The notes under the pieces: model-generated
Told to the model about the DNA's origin: nothing
The model's database searches: none
Seen by the model: only the letters and a program-made list of their open reading frames with translations
Program-made: the position numbers and the translations under genes
Source: the human T2T-CHM13v2.0 reference genome, Homo sapiens
Assembly (NCBI RefSeq): GCF_009914755.1
Contig: NC_060947.1
Length of the DNA stretch: 64,000 bases
Direction: 5' to 3' (one strand)
Part shown: one piece after another, positions 41,569-55,997 of the stretch
How positions within the stretch are numbered: the stretch's first letter is position 1
Layout: each line of letters opens with the position of its first letter

Positions 41569-43096
41569 TCAATAGTATTACCTTTTCTGTTTTCTTTAAT
41601 TTGGAAAGTAATAGTCTCAAGTTATATTTAATTGTTTTCGCTGTGCCTTTTGCAGACAATTCACATAATTGAACATTTTGAACATATATATATTCCCCAT
41701 TTATTTTTCTTTTATATAATTCATCAATTTTTACCCTTACATACTTATATCTTTCTGATTAAAAGGACAATTAAAATTCATAGGCATAATTTGTCAAATC
41801 TAACATTTATACCACTCATCAGAAATAACTTAAATACTAGTTACCACCAAGTAGCAAGAGGAGGCAGTTCCTTATTTTCTCACGCTGTAATTGTAAAGGA
41901 CTCCTAAATAAGTTCCAGAAAAAAAAAAAAAAAAAAGACCATGGGAGCTTCTCATTTCATCCTTGGGAAAGTCTTGGATGTGTAGGGAGCAGAACAAATT
42001 TGTTGAACCAATACAATAAGAGCAAAGATCAATGAGTCGAGGCAGAATTAAATGTCCATGACCCTTAAATTCTATAAACAGTAAATATGGAAGAGAATAA
42101 ACAAATAAACCAGTAATGGAGTCCAACCACAGGAAGAATCAATTATGATTAAGTTAGACTCCGAAAATATACATAGAATTTAAAATCAGTGGTTTTAAGT
42201 AAGGATTTCTGGCTTTGGGCTGTTTCTTTTGTGCACCGAAAATGTGAGTTATCTGCTTTATTGATCATTTATATTTCAACAGATAATGGCCAAATTGTGA
42301 AATCTGACCTGTGGAATACTTTAAATTTCTTCTTTGTTATTAATCATCCATATAGACATAAATTTCCAAGAAATAAAGTACTTTAAAAACATTAAAATGG
42401 CTACATATACCATGGGAACTCAAGGATGTAAAGTAGAAACTGGTAAAAGTTAAAAACAGCGCATGAAGAGTTAAACGTGCAATGTGGCTAATTCCTGAAT
42501 ATACCCAATTTCTCATGGACTGCAGTGCTGCCCTGTCTACTGCAACAATAACAAAAAAGCATGTTTGCATGTCATGAACTGGCACAGGTTATTCAAGGAA
42601 ATTACGTATGTACCCAGGGAGCTATTCAGGAGAAAGGATAGGAAAAAAGTCATGCAAAACAGTTTTGCTGTGTATAGCAAATTCTCCAGAATGTGAAACT
42701 CGATGCTGAGAGAGTCATTTGGAAGCAGTGTTTCTGCAACCTAGTTAAAAAACCAAAAGAAAACTCCAAACAACACAAACGCAAAGCAAACGCTAGTATT
42801 TTCCCCATGAATACTGCAATTTAGATATCTGCTTACCACCCTCCTCTTTTCATGTGTTTTGTGTGATGGCTGACAGGTGTCCTGATAAACACAGTGAGAT
42901 AAGACAGACCAGAAACTAGTGCCTATGCTACCCATTTTCAAGTCAGAGGAAAAACTCTAAAAGGAAATAAAAGGAAAAAGGAAAAGGAGTAAAGCAAGAA
43001 CCTCAGCTAAATCTTTCTTACTTTTTAAAAAAGAAAAAATTAATAGCTTACACACATTTTGTTTTCAAGACTATCTTTTACATGTATACGTTGTAT

Positions 43097-43453
<357 letters not shown>

Positions 43454-43925
43454 TTATTGAGCTTTTAACCAATAATTGCAAAGTTGTGTTTTGTTCCCAT
43501 ATCCAGGATAAAGTGGAAGACCCACTCTGGAATATTGCTGGTTCTTGGCGTAGAAGGAAAGGATAACATGGGGAACTGGCTTCTAAAAGTTCTGGCAAGA
43601 TCTGATTCGCAATTTTCATCTGCATGACTTTGAACAAAAGGTGACACCAATGGGGACCAGAGGTGCCATCTAACCCCAGGAAAGGATGGCGATTATACAA
43701 AGATGGTCCTGAGATATGCATTGATGGTATATACATAATGCTGAAACTTCTTTAATCTATTTAAAATTTTATTTTGGTCCAGTATTTGCCGCAGCATCAT
43801 AAATAAATGCTTATCTTTCTTTATAAGAACTCAAGCCCATGTGGGATGCAGTGGTTTATAAACCAGTTCTGTCTGCACTGAGGAGGTTGTAAATCACAGA
43901 AAAGTGAATTCATGATAACTTTGCT

Positions 43926-44795
43926 TGATATAGTTTGGATATTTGTCCCCTCCAATCTCACGTTGAAATTTGATCCCCAATATTTGATATGGCCCCTAAA
44001 AAGGAGTGTTTGGGTCATGAAGATGGATCACTTATGAAAGATTTGGTGACATCCTTGTGATAATGAGTGAATTATTGCTGTATTAGTTCCTGTGAGATCT
44101 GATTGTTAAAAAGGGCCTGGTGGCCAGGGGTAGTGGCTCATGCTTGTAATCCCAGGACTTTGGGAGGCCAAGGCAAGTGGATTACTTGGGCCCAGGAGTT
44201 TGAGACCAGCCTGGGCAACATGACAAAACCCTGCCTCTACAAAAAATGAAAAAAATTAGCTGGGCGTGGTGGTACACGTCTGTAGTCCCAGGTACCTTGA
44301 GAGGCTGAGATATGAGGATCACCTGAGCCTGGGAGTTTGAGACTGCAGTGAGCCATGATTGCACCACTGCACTCCAGCACTCCAGCCTGGGTGATGGAGT
44401 AAGACCCTGCCAAAAAAAAAAAAAAAAAAAAAAGAAAGAAAGAAAAGAAAGGGGGGGGAGAGAGAGAGAGAGAGAGGGAGAGAGAGAGAAATAAAGAAGG
44501 AAAGAAAAAGAAAGAAGAAAGAAAGAAAAAGAAAGAAGGAAAGAAAGAGAAAGAAAGAGAGAGAGCCCAGCACCTTTTCACCTCTCTTTCCTCCTCTCTT
44601 GCCAGGTGATGTGATGCCAGTTCCCCCTTCACCTTCCACCATGAGTGGAAGCTTCCTGAGGTCCTTACTGGAAGCAGATGCTGGTACCCATGCTTCTTGT
44701 GTAGTCAGCAGGACCATGAGTCAAATAAACCTCTTTTCCTTATACATTACCCGTATTAGATACTACTTTATAGCAACATGAAATGAACTAAGACA
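43926..44795 (+). mobile_element. MSTB-type MaLR LTR interrupted by an Alu
   Basis: tgatatagtttggatatttgtcccc...gaagcttcctgagg...gaagcagatgctgg...aactaagaca. Confidence 0.88.
44121..44564 (+). mobile_element. AluJ with the tail expanded into a GAAA/GA microsatellite
   Basis: Alu body 44121-44411, then A run and (GAAA)/(GA)n to 44564. Confidence 0.9.
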
Positions 44796-45426
44796 CCAAC
44801 TTTCAAAGAAAAGATTGAGCTAAATGAGTATTAATTTGGAAGATCCAAGGAAAGGATTTTGAGTCTCTTGAGGTGCAGGAATACCAAAGCTAGGGCAGGG
44901 GGAATAAGTTCAGAATAAGAAAAGAGTCTTCATGACATGTAACTGTGACATATCTGAGTGGCCATGGTTCCACCTGCCCTTATTGTCCTAGGAGGTGACC
45001 AGACCAGACCTCTTCACTGAATGCATGCAACAGCACCTGGATCCTCTTTCAATGTGCATACTCCTATTTTTTTCCCTAGCGGCGTGTCCAGAAAAATTAG
45101 AGAAAAATACATGTGCAATCCTGTGTTTTGACACCCAGAAGTCCATTTTGTTTTAAGTTCTATACAAATCAAACTTTTCAACCTCTTTGAATTGGGAATT
45201 ACTGATGCTACTCCACCCAGCATGACATGTTCCATGGACAAACACTGGCTTGAGTCATTCACACACCAGAATTTCTTGCTTGATTATTATTTTTTTAATG
45301 CATTTATGTTTTATCTATCCAACAATTAATTCTAGAACAAGTACCTTATAGTGCCTTTACATTCCACAAGTAAACTGACAGTCACAGCTCAGTGATTGCC
45401 AAGAGAGCAACATCTTTTTCTGGAAG

Positions 45427-45690
45427 TGTGTGAGTTTCTTATGGTTAGTGTAAAAAATAACTGCAAACTTAGCATCTTAAAGCAACACTTAATGATCTTA
45501 TTATTTAAGAGGTGAGAAGTCCAACATGGATCTCTCTAGGCTAAGAAGGAAAGGTTAATGGGGCTGGTTCTCTTCTGGAAACTCTAGGGAAACATTCATT
45601 TCCTTGCTCTATTTTATCTCCTAGAGGCCACTTCCATTTCTTGGCTCCATGACCTCTTCCTCCACTGTTAAAGCTAGTGATGTTGAACTG
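45427..45690 (-). mobile_element. MLT1D/E-like LTR fragment
   Basis: caaacttagc...gaagtccaacatggatctc...ttctggaaactctaggg...ctagaggccac. Confidence 0.6.
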
Positions 45691-45917
45691 TGTTGTCACA
45701 TCTTTGGAAGTTGGAGGAACATTATCCTGACTACCGTATGATGTGATGAATCAAAATTACCATGAGTCCTTGGTCTTGATTTCTTCACATTTCTGCCTCG
45801 ATTTTTTTTTCTGTGAAAGAATATTATTTGGAAGAATTTTTCATAGCATGTACTCTAACTCCCATTCTAGGAGTGGATTACTGAATTTCTTTACTCGTAC
45901 CCCAGACATGTTTCCAC

Positions 45918-46250
45918 CAAGGTTTTTCAATCTTGAAGCTATTGATATTTGGGGAAGGTTGGCATTTTGGACAGGATTAGTCTTTGCTCTCTCTCTCTCT
46001 CTCTCTCGCTCTCTCTGTATGTGTGTGTGTCTGTGTGTGTGTGTCTGTGTGTGTGTGTCTGTGTGTGTGTGTGTGTTTTGGGGACAGGGGTTGTGCTGCC
46101 GTGTGCACTGTAGGGTGTTAAGCAGCATCACTGACTTCTACAAAATGGATGCCATTAGCACCTGCCCACCAAGTCATGATGACAAAAAATGTGTGAAGAC
46201 ATCACTTAGTGTCTCCTAAGGGGAGAGGTCACCTCAGTTGAGAGCCACTG
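45918..46250. mobile_element. MER20 (hAT) with an internal (CT)n(TG)n microsatellite
   Basis: tttttcaatcttg...tgtgcactgtagg...agcagcatc...gttgagagccactg; microsatellite at 45988-46076. Confidence 0.8.
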
Positions 46251-46329
46251 GTTTACAAGATTTTACTGAAACAAAGACACATGCATCAGCCTCTGACCAT
46301 TGTGAATGAGACTGTCCAAGCTATAGTTA

Positions 46330-46777
46330 TGTGACGGTTAATTTTATGTGTCAACTTGGGATGTCCAGAAAACTAGTGAAACATTATTTCTGGGTGTGTT
46401 TGTGAGTGTGTTTCCAGAAGAGATTAGTATTTGAATCAATAAACCCAGTAAACAAGATTGTCCTCCTCAATGTGAGTGAGTAGTATCTGATTAGTCAAAG
46501 GCCTGGATAGAACAAAAAGGCTGAAGAATGGAGAATCCCTTCTCTCTTCTGGAGCTGGGACATCCATCATCTCCTACCCTCAGACATCAGAGCCCCTTTT
46601 TCTTAGGCCTTTGGACTCAAACTGGGACTTACATGATTAACTCCTCTGGTCCTCAGGGCTTGGGTTTCCATTAAAAATAGACTACTGGCTTTTTCTGGAT
46701 CTCCCTTTTGAAGATAGCAGATTGAGGGACTTCTCAGTCTTCATAATCATGTGAGCCAATTCTCCATAATAAATCTG

Positions 46778-46828
<51 letters not shown>

Positions 46829-46996
46829 TATCTATCTATCTATCATGTATCTATCATCTATCTATCCATCCTATCCATTCTATGTATCTATGTATGTATC
46901 TACCTATCATCTTTCATCTACCTATTTATCTATTATCTATCTATCTACCTGTCTATCTCCTCTAGGTTCTGTTTCTCTGAAGAGTACTGACTAATA
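46330..46996 (+). mobile_element. MLT2 (ERVL) solo LTR
   Basis: tgtgacggttaattttatgtgtcaacttgg...ggttctgtttctctgaagag...gactaat. Confidence 0.9.
46778..46955 (+). repeat. (TATC)12 plus degenerate TATC tract
   Basis: Perfect TATC run at 46778-46828. Confidence 0.95.
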
Positions 46997-47354
46997 AAAG
47001 ATAGTTTACTATGAAGTTGAAAAGCCATTGGTTTAGACATAAACTGAAAGTTGTCTACACATACTTGGAGAGAGAAAAGAAGACTAGGTCAACAAGAGAG
47101 AGGTGTTTGGGAGCTGTATGGATGTCTGTTCTCTGTTGGTGTTCAATGAAAATTTCACTAGGCAATCTCTGTCATTGGGAGGTTGTCATGGGTGTTCTGA
47201 ATCTTTGCTTATCTCATAATAGACATACCTTATGGGCACAAACACCGTTTAAGAGCTGAAAACCATTGATGGGTCACTCATTCCTCAGGTAGGGAAAAGG
47301 TAGTAACCAGAGAAATTTCATACCATGCTAGACTGTGTGCAGCAGTCCAACTCT

Positions 47355-47941
47355 ATTTTTTTAAACTTTTATTTTAGGTTTAGGTGTACATGTGCAGGTT
47401 TGTTATATAGGTAAATTGTGTGTTATAAGGGTTCGGTATACAGATTATTTCATCACCTGAGTAATAAGCATAGTATCTGATAGGTAGTTTTTTGATCCTC
47501 ACCCTCCTCCCACCCTTCATCCTCAAGTAGGCCCTGATGTCTATTGTTTCCTCCTTTGTGTCCATGTGTACCCAATGTTTAGCTCCCACTTATAAATGAA
47601 AACATGCAGTATTTGGTTTTCTGTTCCTGCATTAGTTAGCTCAGGATAATAACTTCCATCATCTCCATTCATGTTGCTGCAGAGGCCATGATCCCATTCT
47701 TTTTATGGCTGTGTAGTGTTCCATGGTGTATATGTACCACATTTCCCTTATCAGTCTAACATCGATGGGCATTTAGGTTGATTCCATGTCTTTGCTATTC
47801 TGAATAGTGTGGCAATAAACATATATGTGCGTGTATCTTTATGGTAGAACAATTTATATTCCTTTGGGTATATACCCAGTAATGGCATTGCTGGTCAAGT
47901 GGTAGTTTCGTTTTGAGTTCTTTGCGAAATTACCAAATAAA
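47355..47941 (-). mobile_element. L1 (L1PA16/PB-like) 3' end
   Basis: aacttttattttagg...tacatgtgcagg...gggtatatacccagtaat; TSD cagt(c/t)caactc. Confidence 0.92.
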
Positions 47942-48031
47942 CAGTTCAACTCCTGATTGCATGAAAGGAGACCTTTAATACAGGGATATCACCCAAGACA
48001 ACTTCTCAGGGCCCTTTTCTGTTTTACTATA

Positions 48032-48468
48032 CAGTTAACCTTTGGACAATGCAGGGGTTAGGGGAACTGACTCCCTGCACAGTCAAAAATATGTACAAGC
48101 CTTTCGTGTCCTCCATAACTCAACTACTAATAGCCTATTGTTGTCTGGAAGCCTTATCACTAAACACTTGATCAACATGTATTTTATATATTATGTGTAT
48201 TATATACTGTATTGTTACAATAAAGCAAGCTGTGGGGAAAAAATGCTATTAAGAGAATTATAAGGAAGAGAAAATGTATTCACAGTTGGTTAAGTGGAAA
48301 TGGACCATCATAAAGATCTTCACCTCATTGTCTTCAGGATGAGTAGGTTAAGGAGGAGGAGAAACAAGAGGGGTTGGTTTTTCTGGCTCAGGGGTTGCAG
48401 AGGTGGAAGAATATCTGAGTGTGACTAGATCTGCATCGTTCAGACCCACGTTGTTCAAAGGTCAACTG
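48032..48468. mobile_element. Tigger2a/MER28-like DNA transposon
   Basis: Terminal inverted repeats cagttaacctttggacaa / ttgttcaaaggtcaactg, TA at left. Confidence 0.85.
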
Positions 48469-49374
48469 TGCTAGATAGAGAGTTTGTGTTGGGTACCAAC
48501 CAATTATAGTAGTTTAGATATGTGATGTCTTTCTTAAATGGGGTGAGAAACTCAGAACTTTTTATGAACTTCAAAAACATGTTGTAGAATATTTGAAATA
48601 AGGGGGTTATGCCTCATTCCCATTGGCATAATTAGCAGAAAAATCTTGCAACTGGCGAATGGGTTTCTTTGTTATGTATGGGCATTCAGTGACTGGCAAA
48701 CAGTCAATCTAAAGTGAGTAATGAGAAAAGATGAAAAAGAGTTATAAATGCTTAACTGTTTCAGTGATTTTAATTAAAACATTTGTCATGCCTGAAACTA
48801 ATTAGTAATTACTTAAGCTCTTTATTATGTAGTGCTGAGGAAACATTACTTTGAGTTTCAGAGCAAATTTGAGTTTCAGGTAAATAATTGTTTAAGTCAG
48901 AATTAATTAGTTCATAAATTATGTAGTCACAAGATCATTTTAATGAACTTATGTTTGTTAATAAATGCATCAAGGCCTTCTTTTCTACAGTACTAAAACG
49001 CATATTGTTTGATAATATTATTGAATACAAAAATAAAATACACAATGATTTTAGATACATTAAAATGTTTCTATGCATGGTGTCTATGGTATCTAAGAAT
49101 GAAGTATATTACTTAAAAGATATTTTAGTATGATGATAGGCACATTAAAAGTTCAAAAATTAAAATAAGCTTACTCTTTTGTATGCTTATATGAGGAGAT
49201 GAAATTGTAAAATGTTTTGGAAGTTTAGTATGTGATACAATGTTTCAAAATTGTAAGATTGCAGATATAAAACCTTCTTGGAGTACTTGTTAGTTTGGCC
49301 ATCTTTCAAAGGAAGCAATACTGAGGAATTGATAAATCGATGATATGGATCCTAGTTGGTTCATAATCCCTACC

Positions 49375-49857
49375 TGTGAAGCAGGTTGACAGCGTACTGG
49401 TTACTTGCTTGGGTTTGGTAAGAAAGAATGCACCCCCTCCTTGCCCAGCACACACAAAATTACATAAAGTGGATTTGTTACTTACAGATAGGTAGAATGA
49501 GACAACAGAAACCTAGGATTTATAATAAGCCAGATCCCCAAAGCTTGGGAAAGCTGCCTGGGGTGAACGGAATCTCAGTGGCATGTACCCCATTTGCACA
49601 ATGGCTGAGAGATCCCTGAAAATAGCTTACTCTGTGTTTTATACCCCAGGGGAACATGATTTGCTGGGATAAAGTCTTGTAAGACATCCCGTTCTAGGAG
49701 GAAGTGGAACAGAGCCTGGTTGTCTTGGCCAGTTTCTTCCTATCTCAGGATATTGAATTCTCAGCACATTCTACAATTATTTTGAGAACTACAAGTGAGA
49801 AAGAGGAGGAGGGGTGAACAGTTGGGTAGCTGAAGCCATCTGGGGACTTGTGCTGCA
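49375..49857 (-). mobile_element. LTR47-like ERVL solo LTR
   Basis: tgtgaagcaggtt...ctggtta...ggaaagctgcc...gttttataccccaggg; same family as 61569-62018. Confidence 0.75.
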
Positions 49858-50829
49858 CCACACTTATGTAAAACCCAAATTACTATCATCATAATTTCTC
49901 TTTGAGGTTCAAGAGTGTAAATGATTGAATTTTATTCGTGTCAGAGTATCCATGTCAAAATATACATTATCAATAGGTCTTTAAACAGATCATAGTTTGT
50001 AGAAAATCTGTACAACATGGTTAAAAATAGAAGCAAGATAAAATTCAAGGAATAAGAGCTACTGAATCATTTGAGAGACAGCAAGAAGAGTGTATTCTGA
50101 CATCTATTAATTATACGTTTATAGCAGAATAGGATATTCATGGAGACTGCATGCAGGTAGAAAGGGAATGTAACTTCCTTATGATTCCAAAACTATTTTG
50201 TCTTCTTCTGTATGACTTTAGCTTATTTAGTTCCAATTAATAAAACAACATTTTAGTGCAATGCTGTCATCTTGGTCTCATTAAAAAAAAAAAAAAAAAC
50301 ACCTGTTCTGTAGGTAAAGACAACCTTTGTTCCAAGTTTTGTGTTTAAAACTCTTTGTGTTCTTTTTCACGGTTGCTTTTCTGTGAATGTTAGAGGGCTG
50401 GGGCTTAAGTAGGGGGAGGACACAAAGTTGTCAGGTTGCTCCCTGGTTTCTGCTCTATAGGGAGCTTTTCTGAGCTTTCATTAATCTGGAGACCTCTGAG
50501 GACCTGCTGGTTCCACCCATGTGGTCCACATTTGCTTCTGAAGACTATTTTCTCATTCTAGTAGGTGCTCCAAAAAGCCATGGCCATCTCCCCCTGCTGT
50601 TTGGGTTCCTTCTTTGCTCTTTCTGGGTCTACACAATCCGTAAGATCTGGCTGGGACCACCTTCTCACACTGAGTGCATTGAGTTTGCCATGCAACCCCC
50701 ATCTACAGAGCTAAAGATTTAAACTGTGCACTTGTTTATTTTCTATTTTTCTTTTTTAAGTCTAGGCCCTTTACAATGAATCATCCATACTAAAAATATG
50801 TGGGTTTTTCAATTTCTTTTTTTATCTTT

Positions 50830-51788
50830 TCTTATGGGTCGAATGGTATTTCTGCAAAAGCTATGTTGAACTTCTAGTATGTGCTACTTCTGAATGTGAC
50901 ATATTTGAAATAAGGTCTTTGCGGATGCAATCAAGTAAAGATGAGGTCGGTAGGGTGGACCCTAATCCAAGAAGACTGATTTCCTTATAAGAAGAGGAGA
51001 TTAGGACACAGACACACACAGAGGAGAGGGCTATGTGAAGACAGAGGCAGAAGTTGAAGTGATGGGGCCATAAGCTAAGAAAAGCATGGAGCCACTACAA
51101 GATGGTTACTTTTAGGTGTCAACTTGATGAGGTAAAGAGATGCCTAGATAGCTGGCCAAGCATTATATCTGGGGATGTGCTGTTTCTGGAAGAGATTAGC
51201 ATTTAAATCAGTAGATTGAAGAAAGCAGATTGCCATCTCTAATGGGAGTAGGCATCATACAATCAGTTGAAGGCCCAGAGAGAACAAAATTGCAGAGGAA
51301 AGGTGACTTTATTCTCTCTGCTGCAGAGGAAAGCTGAGACATCCATCTTCTCCTGCCCTTGGACATCAGAACTCTAGATTCTTGGTCCTTCAGAGTCTAA
51401 GACTACGTCAGTGGCTTCCTCCAGTTCTTAGGCGTTTGGCCTCGGGGTGAAGATTGACATTATTGGCTTCCCTGGTTCTCTACCTTGCAGAGAGCCTATG
51501 GGGGACTTCTTGGCTTCCATAATCATGGGAGCCAATTCTTCTAACAAATCCCCTCTTCTATTTCTATATCGCCTATTGGTTCTGTTATTCTGGAGAACTT
51601 GACAATATACACCAGAAGCTGCAGGAGCAAGGAAAGATTCTTCCCTACTGCCTTCAGGGGGAGGACTGCCCTGCAAACACCTTAATTGTGAACTTTTAGA
51701 CTAAGAAACATTGAGAGAATATATTTTTTGCTGTTATAAGCCACCCAGTTTGTGGCACTTTGCCATGTGAGCCCCAGAAAACGAATCC
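50830..51788 (+). mobile_element. MLT1B/C LTR interrupted by MLT2
   Basis: ggtctttgcggatg...gtgaagacagaggcaga...aagccacccagtttgtgg. Confidence 0.85.
51098..51609 (+). mobile_element. MLT2 solo LTR nested in MLT1
   Basis: gatggttacttttaggtgtcaacttga...ttggttctgtt...ctggagaac; TSD cacta/cacca. Confidence 0.85.
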
Positions 51789-53784
51789 TCTTCTGTATAA
51801 AAATGAAAAAGAATGAAGGAAGAAGACCAGGATGGTCCCACACTATTTATAGAAGGATTCAGGATGAATGATTTTTCTCTATCTACTGTGGCTTCATTTT
51901 CTTTCTTTATTTTTCTTTTTTGTTACTTCCCCAGAGCAGGGTTATTTTATAAATAAGAGGATTATCTTATATCACTCGTCATTGGGATCCCATAGATAGT
52001 TTACTTTCCTTTCAGATGGTATTTAGCTCATGGGCAGCAAATTAAGCATTTAAAATACACATCATGAATATAAGTTGAGTTACTGCCTAATGCAAGTGCT
52101 TAAAATCTGGAAGCATTCACCTTTGGATGCATGCATGAATAAGTGAGTTGGTTAGTGGCTTTCACACTGTCTTGCTAATAGATACTTGGTAAAACTCTCT
52201 GTAAGACACCACTTGATGGGAAGAATAGGTGTCAGTCCTCACTGTATACTTTTTAGTTCTGTGGTGTCAATGAAGTCTGTTCATTTCTCTAGAGCCCAAT
52301 TCTGCACGAGGTAGCAGGGGAGAAAGCATCATTTACCTGTCTCCAGTGGAAAGTTGAAAGAGATACATTTAGAAGGCCACCTCCACAATGGTTATTAAAA
52401 AATAGATACATATAGATGATTGTCTAATACCAATGCATATGTGTGAGGAGGAGGAAAATAGGAGAGAGAAGAGGAGATGGGAAGGAGAGGAAAATGGAAG
52501 AAGAGAGGAGAGGGGGAAATGAATGCAGGGAAAAACATGAGAGAAAGAACAGGAAGGATGTGAATATTTTGTTTTATTAAAGGAACGGGGGAGTGTTTAG
52601 AATTTGAAGAGAGCAAAAAGATATTTAAAGGACTTTGGTTTCTGTTGTTTGGATTTTCACTTCTGAATGTAAAATCTTGTGTAAGAAACCTGGGGAATAA
52701 GTCAAACGGATTTGAAAGAGTAACTATAGGAGGAAAGACTAAAGGCAGAGATGTATAGCTCGGTTTCAGCCTCTCTCAGCACCCGACCTAGCGAACGATC
52801 CCTATCCTGAGTAATCTTGTTTCCCTGTTTTGTTACTGGCTTGTCTATGTAACATGTTCTTTTTTTTACACATTTGTTTATAAATCACTTTCCCAACACT
52901 CACACACTGACCCTCAAAGTACAAACTAAGTTCCTTGAAGCCATGAGCTTGATTAATTCCAGATTTCTTCCCCCAAAAAGGGCTTGGAACAAAGTAAATT
53001 CTCCATTATCATTAGTTTGTATTTCAATCAACAAATAAATGTGCATATCCTTTATTGGCATTTTAAAGGTTTTCAGACTCAAAGTACTTATTATCCGCTA
53101 TGGTTTTTGCCAGAAGAGTGAGAATAAATTGTTCTCAATGAGTAGCTTTTCAGCACAAAGAAGGAATAAAAAACTGGTGTCTTTCTGTAGTTATTATCTG
53201 AACAATCGCTGTAATTCAGGATGGGATAGAATCATTTTCACTCAGCCATTTTTTTTTTTTCTTAACCACAGCCATCAAACAAGAAACAATGTTTCTATTA
53301 CCTAAGGGTATATTAGAATGTGTAGACTGAAACTATGAAAGCATGTTGGAAATTTATTACTCCTCTTGCTGCTTTTTTTTTCTTTATAAATACTTATTTA
53401 TGGCCTTGACAAATTTTCCCCAAAGTTCCTTTCATCTTTTGGTAGTGAGGGAAAAGCGTTATCCCATTAGGTTTGAGTTGACTTGATTTAGGAGTCCAAG
53501 TGTTTGATCTGGCTGCAGGCGTTATTGATGTCTCTGAAAGTGTATTGTAAAACAAAGTAAAGTAATTAAATGGAAGTAAAAACCCTTTTAATGGTAAAAA
53601 CAAAATTATTAAATGACTAGACAGTAATCAAGTGGTGCATCTTAATTAAATAAAGTGAAATGTTTTACTTTCTTTGGAAGGTCTTTAGCTGGAAACCTCT
53701 GGTATGGGCAAACCTGCTTTTCAAAAAACAAGTGTAAAAGCAATGCTGCTAAAATGTATTTGGTACCTATTTTTAAAAAACTAA

Positions 53785-54690
53785 CAAAAATTTTATGTAT
53801 TTGAGTTGTACAGTGTGATGTTTTGAAACCTATTTCCACAGTAAAATGATTACTATAATCTAGCAAATTAACATATCCATCACCTTACATAATTACCTCT
53901 GTGTGTCATAAGAGCACACAAATCTACTCTGTTAGCAAATTTCTAGTTTACTATACAGTATAATTAGCTATAGTCACCATGCTGTGCCTTAGATCTCTAG
54001 GTTTATTCATTCTACATAATTGCAACTTTGTACTTTAACCAACATCTCTCCATTTCCCCCACCTCCCCATCCCTGATTACCACCATTCTACTCTGTTTCT
54101 ATGGATTCAGCTTTTTAAGATTCTACATGTGACTGAGATCATGCAGTATTTTTTCTTTGTGTGCCTGGCAATGTCCTCCAGTTTCATCCATGTTATTGCA
54201 AATGGAAGAACCTCCTGTTTTAAGGCGGATTAATGTTCTGTCATTGGTATAGACCACATTTTGCTTAAGTATTCATCCGTCAGCGAGTACTTGGGTTGCT
54301 TCTACCATTTGGCTATTGTGTATAATGCTGCTACACACATGGGTGCACAAATATCTTTTCAGGTAGCTGCTTTCAAAGATTTTGGGTATATACCCACAGT
54401 GGAATTGCTACGCTGTATGGTAGTTCCATTTTTATTTTTTTGAGAAACTTCCATGCTATTTTTCGTAAGGACTGTACCAATTTACATTTCCACCAAGGGT
54501 TCACCTTTCTCTACACCCTCACAAACACTTGTTATGCTTTAACTTTTGATAATCGCCATCCTAACAGATGTGAGGTGATATCACGTTGTGGTTGTGATTT
54601 GCATTTCCTTGATGATTAGTGATGTTAAGCACCATTTTTTATATCTCTTGGCCATTTACATGTCTTGTTTTGAAAATTGTCTATTCAGAT
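53785..54690 (-). mobile_element. L1MA (MA8/9-like) 3' region
   Basis: attaacatatccatcacc...tatagtcaccatgctgt...gtgaggtgatatc...gcatttccttgatgattagtgatg. Confidence 0.85.
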
Positions 54691-54904
54691 TTTTTAGAAA
54701 ACCTTGATCGTGAGCTCCTTCCAGGCTCTGACTGATCACCCAGACCTGATAAACTCTCAGCATATAATTTTGTGGGAGGCGAGATGGAACAAAAACTCCC
54801 TAGGAAGACTTTGTAGCAGTGAAAAAACCTCTTGAAACTCGACATCTGTAAATTAGAGGGATGGCAGCTGAGTAGCTCAGACCACCTTCTTTTTGAATAA
54901 ACAG

Positions 54905-55065
54905 ACCAGAGTGAAGTTTGGGACTGTCTTGCACTTCCTTTTGAACTTGGGGAATTTGATCTAGCCTCGAACTCCTCCTATGACTATCAGAAGATTAAAT
55001 GAAATGATATATGTCCCAGCACAGCATGTAATATATGGTAAACACTGAATAAATGGCAATTGTGC
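54905..55065 (+). mobile_element. MIR
   Basis: aagattaaatgaaatgatatatg...ggtaaacactgaataaatgg. Confidence 0.5.
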
Positions 55066-55126
55066 CTGTGATGACTATTTGATCTTGGGGTTGACTATTT
55101 GATGTGATGACCATTTGATTTGGTGT

Positions 55127-55516
55127 TGTAGTGCAGAAAATAATGCCCCCCAGAGATGCCCACGTCCTAATCCCTATGTGGCAGACCAAATAATGGCCCC
55201 AAAGATGTCCACATCCTAATTACCATGTAGTAGACAGAATGGTGTAAAGATGTCTATATTCTAATTACGTGGTATATAGAATAATGCCCTTCAAAGATGG
55301 CCATGTCCTAATCCCCATGTGGTAGACAGAATAATGACCCCAAAGATGCCCACATCTTAATCCCCACATGGTAGACGAAATAATGGCCCCCAAAGATGCC
55401 CACATCTTAATCCCCACATGGTAGACGAAATAATTGGCCCCCAAAGATGTCCACATCTTAATCCTTATGTCTTAGGCAGAATAAAGGCCTCCTTAGATGT
55501 CTACATCATAATCCCC
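55127..55516 (+). repeat. Minisatellite of about 8 x 50 bp derived from the MLT1D 5' terminus
   Basis: Unit tgtggtagacagaataatggcccccaaagatgtccacatcctaatcccca. Confidence 0.92.
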
Positions 55517-55926
55517 AGAACCTGTGAATATGTGACCTTATGTAACAAAGGGGACTTTGCAGATATGATTAAAACTCTGAGATGACAAGATGATCATGAA
55601 TTTTCTGGTTGATTCCTAACCATAATTGCAAGGGTCCTTACAAATGGAGGTAGAAAAAATCAGGGTGATGCCGTGTGAGAAGGACTCAACCAGACATTCC
55701 TGACTTTGAAGGTGGGGGAATGGGCTTAGAGCCAGGAACATGACTGCTTGTAGAAGCTGGAAAAGGCAAGAGAATAGACTTTCTGCTGGAGCCTCCAGAA
55801 GGAAGCAGCCCTGCTGACACCTTCATTTCAGTCCGACAAGATACATTTATGACTTCTGACCTCCAGAATGAAAAGGCAATAAATGAGTGTTCTTTGAAGA
55901 CACCAAGTTTATGGTAATTTGTTATA

Positions 55927-55997
55927 TCAGGTTGGTGCAATTTTTATTTTTGTTACTTTTAATGGCAAAAAACGCAATTGCTTTTGCACCAACCTAA
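55927..55997. mobile_element. MADE1 MITE
   Basis: tcaggttggtgcaa...aatggcaaaaaacgcaattgcttttgcaccaacctaa with TA duplication inside the MLT1D 3' end. Confidence 0.9.

Noticed and set aside
55127-55516. CRISPR-like periodicity
   Set aside because: Contiguous degenerate units without unique spacers, derived from an LTR end in a primate genome
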